A DNA stretch of 13,503 nt, taken from Elusimicrobiota bacterium (GTDB lineage Bacteria > Elusimicrobiota > Elusimicrobia > F11). Positions 7,491 to 13,503 of the stretch are shown piece after piece. The stretch covers positions 1-13,503 of the forward strand of contig JBJXGI010000019.1 in assembly GCA_046153645.1 (NCBI GenBank), read 5' to 3'. Below the pieces are notes generated by a model. The model searched no databases. It was not told the origin of the DNA and worked only from the letters and a program-made list of their open reading frames with translations. The stretch's first letter is position 1; every line of letters starts with the position of its first letter. Both the position numbers and the translations under genes were made by a program.

Positions 7491-10400
7491 ATGGAAACCC
7501 CTGAAGAAAAGAAACCATCACAGCCTCCCATGAATAAACCGCCGGTTCCTCCTCCGGGGATTAAGAAACCGTCTAATTTGCCGAAAGGACCAGTCCCTCC
7601 GAGAGGTCAAACTCCTGGAATGCCGAGAATTCCTGGGATGTCCGGTGGAGGCGCAGGGGCACCAGGGTTAACTCCACCCATGAAACCACCAATGAACCTG
7701 CCGGGAAATAAGCCACCCATTTCTGCTCAGCCTGGCATGCCGCCATTGCCAGGAATGAACAAACCTCCTGTTCAAGGAGCGCACCCATCAGTCCCATCGC
7801 CATCAATACAAGGCCCTTCGATACCGACAACACCATTTGAGAATAAATTAAATGAAGCAGAGTCCCATAAGTCTGATTTGGAAACTAAAGTCACAGATCT
7901 TGAAAAAAGATTAATGGAAGAAAAGGAAAAAGTCTTATTGGCTTCTTTGAGGACGAAAGAGGAAGAAGCTGTTTCAGCAAAGGTTGAGTCCTCAATTAAA
8001 GAGATTCAAGATAAATTAAGACGGGAAAAACGAGAACAAGAACTTGAAGAAAATAAGAAGAAAGCAGAAACACGTCTTTTGGAAGTAGAACGAAGATTAG
8101 CCGAAGAGAGAGAAGCGTGGGTTACGACCCTTAAAAATCAAATCGGCCAGCGAGACCAAATATCTCAAGAAATGGAGACTCATTTCTCGGCTCGACTTAA
8201 GGATTTGGAGTACCGTTGGGCGCAAGAAAAGTCTTCTCTTGAAGCGAATGTTCGCGATAGAGAATCTGAAATTATTCGCATTCGACATGAGATGTCGTTA
8301 AAAGCCGAACAAGAAAAAGCTTTTTGGGAAGACCGATTAAAGGCGGTGTCTGGTGAAAAAGAGCGGATCGAAAGAGACTTCGAACGACTCAAAGATAAAT
8401 TTCACTCTGAAAAAGAACAGTTATTTTCAGAGCGCCAAGTTCTAAAAGATCAAACCCAGAAGCTGGAATCATCGCTTCGTTTTTTTGAAGAACAATCAAG
8501 GGTTGAAAAGTCCATTATTCAGAAAGAATCTGATGGAAAGTTTTCTCTTCTCAAACAGCAGTCCGAACATGAAAAGTCCTTGTTAGAAAAACAAATCTCT
8601 CAAATAAATGAACAGTTGCATGGTTTTCAAATTGAGATAAAAGAGAAATCAAAAATTATTGAAAATCTTCAGTCCTCAAATGTGCATTTAAATTCTCAGG
8701 TCCTCAGTCAGCTTCATCAGTTTGAAACACAGGTGAAAGAAAAAGATCGGCAAGTTGAAGGGTTAGTAACTCAGTTGAATCAGATTAAAAGATCTCTCGA
8801 AGACGCGTTGGCTAAAAATAAGACTGATGAGTTTACAGTTCAAAGTCAATCCAAAGAAATGAGCGACTTGAGATCAAAATTGCATATGTTAGAGGATGGT
8901 TTTTCCCGAGAACTTGAAAAAGCCAGTCAAATTGAAAAAGAAAAAGTTATTGCCGCTCAAGAAAAAATAATTTTTATCAAAGCTGAATTAGATAATTTAA
9001 AACATGCTTCTTCTGATAGAGAAAGAGAGTCAACTCTTAAAATAAGTAAATACGAAGATAAAATTCAGAATCTAACCGATGAAGTTCTCCGCAGCAAAGA
9101 AGGGGTAAAAGAACAAATTTCAAGAATTCAGAATGAATATGAATCTCGCTTGAAAGTTTTGCAATCTCGGTTGGATCATTATGATGTGAACGCACATCGA
9201 GAATATGAACAGGCGAGAGAAAAAGTGAAAACAGAATTGATTGAATTGCAAAATCAAGTGGAAGCGTACAAGAAAAAAGAAGAGGAAATTTCTAAAACAC
9301 ACCAATCCTTCATATCTCAAATTGACGAATTGAAAGATTCTTCAGCGAAAATAAGTACTGAAAAGAATAATTTGGAAAAGCAACTTGAAAGTCTTAAGGT
9401 AGAGTGGAAAGAAGGTCAATGGGAGTTGGAAAATAGGGTTCGTGAGTTGAGTGATCAATTAAGAGAAGCACAGGTGAAAGATCAGCATCAGGAAGATATT
9501 AAAATAAATTTAGAACAAGAACTGAAACAACGACAAGGGGCCTTGGAATATTTGGGGGGAACTCTAAAAGATAAAAAAGAAGAATTGGAAGAAAAAAACC
9601 ATCAAATAGAAGATATCGAAAGGAAATTGGCTCAGGAGAAAGTATCAAAAGAGTCAATTGAAAAAGAATTGAGACAACGAATCTCTGATGTAGAAAACTC
9701 GGAAGAAAAATTGAAAGATAAGAAAGCCGAGATTGATGCTTTAAAAAATAAATTATTTGAAAGCCAGCATCAGATAGAACACGAGCAAAGTGTCGCTCAG
9801 TTGTTAAGAAGAGAAATTGAAGGCTTTAAGAATCTTTCTCATGCCAATGGATTAGATACGTTGAGGGAATTGCAAACACAATTAAATGAGAAAAATAAGG
9901 AAATAGAACGGGTCAAAGAGTCTTTACAAGAATATAAAAACTTAGAGTCCGATATTGAAAAGAAAGAAATTCTTTTTAAAGACAAAGAAAAAGTTTTTAA
10001 ACAGCTTCTCAGTGACAAAGAAGAAACGATTTCAGATTTAAAAGCCAGGGTTCATTTGGTTGAAAAAAAACTAGATGAAACAAGTGGAAATGTTGAGCGA
10101 ATAAAAGAAGAAGCTAGAAATGAAGTTGATAAAGCCCGTCTTTTAGTAAAGAAAGATTTTGATCGAGTGCTGCAATTAAAAGAAGAAGAGAGTGTTCAGA
10201 AGTTAAATCAACTTCAAAAAATGGCTAAAGATGAAATAACAAAATTTGAACAAAACCATAAGGCACTGTTAGAAAATATTCGTCAGAAACATGCTGAAGA
10301 TCTCGAGAAAGTTTCAAGACAAAGTGCCGGTTCTGATTCTGCGCCATCTGAGGCTCTGTTGCAACAAATGAAATCTCAGATTGAAATGGAATTTATGAAT

Positions 10401-10733
10401 CGCTTAAAAGAACAAGAGACAGAATTTGAAGCGCAAATTGTTAAATCTAAAGACGAGGCCAAAAAAGAAATGGAGCGTCTTAAGTGGGAGGTCGGTCAAT
10501 CTAAAGAAGAGGTAAAAAAAGCAAAAGAGGCGCGCTTAAGTATTGAACGAGAGGCTCAAGAGCTTTTGCAACAGGCTGAAAATCATTATCGCAATGAACT
10601 TAATAAATTTAAAAAAGAGACTCAAGATCAAGAAAAGAAAAACGCCGGAGTCTTTACAAAGCTCGGCCGACTATTGGATACGCCTATTGTGGATACTAAA
10701 AAAGATAAAGATATGAAGGATAAGGCGGCTTGA
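7491..10733 (+). CDS. Very long coiled-coil protein with Pro/Gly-rich N-terminus (1080 aa)
   Basis: aa ~1-115 are Pro/Gly/Met-rich and low in complexity, followed by ~930 aa of heptad-like E/K/Q-rich sequence. The C-terminus carries amphipathic GVFTKLGRLL. No Walker motifs. Confidence 0.85.
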   Translation: METPEEKKPSQPPMNKPPVPPPGIKKPSNLPKGPVPPRGQTPGMPRIPGMSGGGAGAPGLTPPMKPPMNLPGNKPPISAQPGMPPLPGMNKPPVQGAHPSVPSPSIQGPSIPTTPFENKLNEAESHKSDLETKVTDLEKRLMEEKEKVLLASLRTKEEEAVSAKVESSIKEIQDKLRREKREQELEENKKKAETRLLEVERRLAEEREAWVTTLKNQIGQRDQISQEMETHFSARLKDLEYRWAQEKSSLEANVRDRESEIIRIRHEMSLKAEQEKAFWEDRLKAVSGEKERIERDFERLKDKFHSEKEQLFSERQVLKDQTQKLESSLRFFEEQSRVEKSIIQKESDGKFSLLKQQSEHEKSLLEKQISQINEQLHGFQIEIKEKSKIIENLQSSNVHLNSQVLSQLHQFETQVKEKDRQVEGLVTQLNQIKRSLEDALAKNKTDEFTVQSQSKEMSDLRSKLHMLEDGFSRELEKASQIEKEKVIAAQEKIIFIKAELDNLKHASSDRERESTLKISKYEDKIQNLTDEVLRSKEGVKEQISRIQNEYESRLKVLQSRLDHYDVNAHREYEQAREKVKTELIELQNQVEAYKKKEEEISKTHQSFISQIDELKDSSAKISTEKNNLEKQLESLKVEWKEGQWELENRVRELSDQLREAQVKDQHQEDIKINLEQELKQRQGALEYLGGTLKDKKEELEEKNHQIEDIERKLAQEKVSKESIEKELRQRISDVENSEEKLKDKKAEIDALKNKLFESQHQIEHEQSVAQLLRREIEGFKNLSHANGLDTLRELQTQLNEKNKEIERVKESLQEYKNLESDIEKKEILFKDKEKVFKQLLSDKEETISDLKARVHLVEKKLDETSGNVERIKEEARNEVDKARLLVKKDFDRVLQLKEEESVQKLNQLQKMAKDEITKFEQNHKALLENIRQKHAEDLEKVSRQSAGSDSAPSEALLQQMKSQIEMEFMNRLKEQETEFEAQIVKSKDEAKKEMERLKWEVGQSKEEVKKAKEARLSIEREAQELLQQAENHYRNELNKFKKETQDQEKKNAGVFTKLGRLLDTPIVDTKKDKDMKDKAA

Positions 10734-10743
10734 GAGTTTCGTT

Positions 10744-11001
10744 ATGATTTTATTAAAGCGCTTGAATGGAACACAATTTAATTTAAATGCTGAATTGATT
10801 GAACAAATTGAAAGTACCCCTGACACGGTCATTACTTTGACAACAGGCAATAACATTGTCGTTTTGGATAAGCGTGAAGACGTGATAGAGAAAATAGTCG
10901 AATATAGAAGAAAAGTTAATTTGGATGAGTCGTCATTCCTGAATGTCTCTACCTGCCCGCAAGTTGGCAGGCGGGTCGGGAATCCAAACTGTCAAAAATA
11001 G
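10744..11001 (+). CDS. flbD: FlbD/SwrD family protein; last ~24 aa are encoded by a palindromic repeat
   Basis: MILLKRLNG...LNAELIEQIESTPDTVITLTTG...V...E.VIEKIVEYRR is the family signature. The gene is in its usual position immediately upstream of motAB. Confidence 0.9.
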   Translation: MILLKRLNGTQFNLNAELIEQIESTPDTVITLTTGNNIVVLDKREDVIEKIVEYRRKVNLDESSFLNVSTCPQVGRRVGNPNCQK

Positions 11002-11035
11002 ACCCCCGACTAAGACATTCGGGGGTGACGACTCA
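10926..11035. repeat. REP-like palindromic element overlapping the flbD 3' end, with a nested small palindrome
   Basis: 23-bp inverted repeats TGAGTCGTCATTCCTGAATGTCT (10926-10948) and AGACATTCGGGGGTGACGACTCA (11013-11035) with three G-U-type differences. Internal CCTGCC..GGCAGG at 10952-10971. Confidence 0.8.
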
Positions 11036-11086
11036 GATGCTTAAATTCACTTAAGAGGCTAAAGAGATACATACAGAGGTAATGAA

Positions 11087-11896
11087 ATGGATCTAGCAAC
11101 AATATTTGGAATTTTAATTGGTCTTTTGATGGTTTTTTTAACCATTTTTCATGCGGAAGGGTTAAAAGGTTTCGCGCCCTTTTTAAATGCTGAAGCCGTT
11201 CTTATTGTTATGGGAGGAACTTTTTGCGCGCTTTTAGTTAATTATCCGCTCTCTCAGATATTGGGGATTTTTAAGGTCCTCAAAAAAGTCATGAGTAATC
11301 ATATTGTTGATACTTCTGAGATTGTGACCACCTTTGTTAAGTTTTCAAAGAAAGCTCGAACCGATGGTTTTTTGGCTTTGCAGGAAGAAGTGAAAAACAC
11401 AAAAGACGATTTTTTAAAAAGAGGAGTTCAGCTTGTTATTGATGGCGCCGATAAAGAATTTATTCAAAATATGATGGAAACTGAAATCGGTTTTATTCGA
11501 GAACGCCATAAATTGGGACAAGAAATTTTTAATTCTTTAGGGACCTACGCACCCGCTTTTGGAATTATCGGAACTATTCTTGGAATGATTATGATGATGA
11601 CCTCTCTCGATGACGTGGCGCAAGTCCCACGGAGAATGGCGCTTTGTTTGTCCGCGGCTTTTTTCGGTTTGGCCTCAGGGTATTTACTTTTTCTTCCTAT
11701 GGCGGGAAAGTTAAAACGCCGATCTGAAGAAGAGCTTCTCATTAAAGAAATTGTTATTCGAGGGGTTTTATTGCTTCAAACGGGGGCCGCTCCGTCACTT
11801 ATGGAATCTAATTTGAAAGCTTATTTAGATCCTACAACAAGGAACCTCATTCGAACCGGAACCATTGCGGGAGATGACAAAGCCAATGCCGCTTAA
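11087..11896 (+). CDS. motA: MotA/PomA-family stator A subunit
   Basis: MDLATIFG, LIVMGGT, ARTDGFLAL, FLKRGVQLVIDG, APAFGIIGTILG and FLPMAGKLK motifs; four hydrophobic segments. SD-like AGAGGT upstream. Confidence 0.95.
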   Translation: MDLATIFGILIGLLMVFLTIFHAEGLKGFAPFLNAEAVLIVMGGTFCALLVNYPLSQILGIFKVLKKVMSNHIVDTSEIVTTFVKFSKKARTDGFLALQEEVKNTKDDFLKRGVQLVIDGADKEFIQNMMETEIGFIRERHKLGQEIFNSLGTYAPAFGIIGTILGMIMMMTSLDDVAQVPRRMALCLSAAFFGLASGYLLFLPMAGKLKRRSEEELLIKEIVIRGVLLLQTGAAPSLMESNLKAYLDPTTRNLIRTGTIAGDDKANAA

Positions 11897-12563
11897 ATCC
11901 AAAGACATGATTGAAATGAGTGACCCCCGTGTTTGTCAGGTGGGGCATCCGGCGCCAGGCTGGATGGTTAATTACGCTGATTTAATGACGGAGTTGGTTT
12001 GCTTCTATTTAATTTTATATGCCTTATCCGCTTCGTTATCTAAGCCTATTCAAGAAGCAAAAAAAGAAGTTGAAGAAACCATGAAACAAGAAGAAGTGGC
12101 CGGCGATGTCAAAATCACCAAAGATGGTTTGGTTATTTCTCTTCAAGAACAAGGGTACAATGTTTTTTTTGAAAGCGGTTCCTCTGAAGTTACTGATCAA
12201 ATGAAAAAGATTTTAGATGGTTTGGCTCCCACGTTTCAAAAATTAGGACAAAAAAAACACGAGATGATTGTTGAAGGGCACACCGATGATATTCCTATTA
12301 GCACGGTACGGTTTCCTTCCAATTGGGAGTTGTCTACTGCAAGAGCCACTTCAGTTGTTTTATATTTGATTAATAAACATGGTTATCCTCCCACTCATAT
12401 TGGCGCAATTGGGTATGGTGAAAACAAGAGTTTGTCGCGTCTTCCTGACGAAGATGCAGGTACCTGGCGCGCGCGGAATCGAAGAGTTGTGTTCGTTATT
12501 AAAAATCCTGAACCTGAAAGTAACCCTGAAAATAAAAGCGAAACAAAAAAAGACGAGCACTAA
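11865..12563 (+). CDS. motB: MotB-family stator B subunit with OmpA-like peptidoglycan-binding domain
   Basis: TM motif WMVNYADLMT with the conserved Asp, then VEGHTD, FPSNWELSTARA, GYGE and RNRRV. It overlaps the motA end; the true start may be the ATG at 11874 or 11886. Confidence 0.95.
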   Translation: MREMTKPMPLKSKDMIEMSDPRVCQVGHPAPGWMVNYADLMTELVCFYLILYALSASLSKPIQEAKKEVEETMKQEEVAGDVKITKDGLVISLQEQGYNVFFESGSSEVTDQMKKILDGLAPTFQKLGQKKHEMIVEGHTDDIPISTVRFPSNWELSTARATSVVLYLINKHGYPPTHIGAIGYGENKSLSRLPDEDAGTWRARNRRVVFVIKNPEPESNPENKSETKKDEH

Positions 12564-12654
12564 TAAAAACACCTCTAAAACACAGCTTTATTTTCATTCC
12601 CTTGTCTTCGGTGAAAATTCATCTCTTATTCATCAGAATTTTACTGCGCTCTCC

Positions 12655-12660
12655 TATAAT
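12655..12660 (+). promoter_or_regulatory. Possible -10 element giving a near-leaderless transcript
   Basis: Perfect TATAAT 9 nt before ATG 12670. No SD and no convincing -35. Confidence 0.35.
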
Positions 12661-12669
12661 TGTTTGTAA

Positions 12670-13503
12670 ATGAAACTCTCTTTAAAGAAATCTTTAGCGC
12701 TTTTTTTATCCCTGATTTATTTCTTAAACCAAGGCGTTTTTGCCTCATTAGCCGAGTCCCGCTTTTGGGAAGAGCGGCGCCTGGCTTCAATGAGTGCCGC
12801 TTTAAAACCCAACCCTCTTTTAACAAACCTGCCAGCGATTAATAATCATCTTGAGGTTGCCTCGAAATGGAGTGATTCTAAGGAAATAAAAAAGTGGCCG
12901 AAACCGCACCAAGACGCGCTCGCAGCTATTTCTCTTCGTCACGGAAGCATTCAAGATATCTATTCAACATCGTCCCCCCAGCCTGTTTCTCCGGTGGTTC
13001 TAATTCAAGATATTCATTTGAATGCAGAGGCTCAAGAAAATATTGCTTCGCTTTTAAACGGGTTAATTGAGAAAAAACAGGCAGGCCTTGTGGGTGTTGA
13101 AGGGGCCTTTGACACATTTGATTTTAAACCGTTTAAAAAATTCTCTCATCATCCCCTAGCAAAAGAAATCACAGACGCCTTTTTGAAAGCTCAACTCTTA
13201 GCCGCTCCGTCTTATGTGGGAATAATTAATCCCACTGAAACATCTCTGTTCATGGGAATTGATGACAAAGAACATTACGACTTGAACGTGAAGGCATACT
13301 TAGAAACCAGAACGCTCAAGAAAAAAGTGATCAAAGAAATTGAGCAAGAAAAACACGTTCTGGAAGAAAAGAAAAAAACAATTTTTTCAAAAGAATTAGC
13401 CGAGTTTGATGCAAAGAGAGAATCCTATGAAAGGGGAACGTTGGGGCTTGGGGAATATGTGGATATACTTTTCAACGACCCCTCCCCTCTCCCGTTGTAC
13501 GGG
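12670..13503 (+). CDS. 3'-partial secreted protein, absent from the ORF track; resembles the N-terminal domain of large Elusimicrobiota/Omnitrophota proteins
   Basis: Open for 278 codons to the window edge: MKLSLKKSLALFLSLIYFLNQGVFA (signal peptide), ESRFWEERR, VVLIQDIHLNAEAQENIA, LVGVEGA, MGIDDKEHYDLNVKAY. Confidence 0.85.
   Translation, partial: MKLSLKKSLALFLSLIYFLNQGVFASLAESRFWEERRLASMSAALKPNPLLTNLPAINNHLEVASKWSDSKEIKKWPKPHQDALAAISLRHGSIQDIYSTSSPQPVSPVVLIQDIHLNAEAQENIASLLNGLIEKKQAGLVGVEGAFDTFDFKPFKKFSHHPLAKEITDAFLKAQLLAAPSYVGIINPTETSLFMGIDDKEHYDLNVKAYLETRTLKKKVIKEIEQEKHVLEEKKKTIFSKELAEFDAKRESYERGTLGLGEYVDILFNDPSPLPLYG

Noticed and set aside
5729..10733. SMC/SbcC, tape-measure or FliH/FliJ identity for the coiled-coil proteins
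   Set aside because: No Walker A/B or hinge, no phage context, no GxxxG repeats, and far too long for FliJ.
11087..12563. Zorya ZorAB or ExbBD/TolQR assignment
   Set aside because: MotA has a flagellar-type cytoplasmic loop and no long ZorA tail, MotB has a flagellar-type TM and OmpA domain, flbD and FliG are adjacent, and no ZorC/D/E genes are present.
12590..12620. Terminator after motB (TTTTCATT/GGTGAAAA)
   Set aside because: The stem is weak and AT/GU-rich with a long loop; not supportable.
2129..12669. Numerous 60-130 aa ORFs nested in or antisense to the operon genes
   Set aside because: They overlap well-supported long CDSs and show no independent coding signal.
12641..13117. ORFs 12641..12826(-), 12660..12842(+) and 12926..13117(-)
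   Set aside because: They are superseded by the long frame-1 ORF from 12670, which has a signal peptide.
1..13503. CRISPR array, tRNA or rRNA
   Set aside because: No regularly spaced direct repeats and no tRNA or rRNA signatures were seen.

Overview
AT-rich bacterial DNA; the gene content suggests Elusimicrobiota or a relative (inference). The first ~1.3 kb holds the 3' end of an unknown gene, a strong hairpin, and debris: an IS4/IS50-type left end with a truncated transposase fused to a frameshifted DUF1131/YfeY-like remnant. The core (1592-12563) is an apparent + strand operon. It is preceded by a c-di-GMP-I (GEMM) riboswitch-like RNA carrying an unusual 58-nt two-hairpin insertion. It encodes a PorV/FadL-like beta-barrel with TPRs, a single-chain FliF(RBM3)-TM-FliG(M+C)-TPR fusion, two long coiled-coil proteins, FlbD/SwrD, MotA and MotB. 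No rod, hook, export or FliM/FliN genes lie in the window. Rotor-stator contact residues and ion-channel residues appear altered in matching pairs, and four proteins with cytoplasmic C-termini end in -AA. Together this suggests a repurposed, flagellum-derived rotary machine. REP-like palindromes sit in the operon, one rewriting the FlbD C-terminus. The window ends inside an unlisted secreted-protein ORF (12670->13503). All family calls come from motif recognition by eye, not from database searches.
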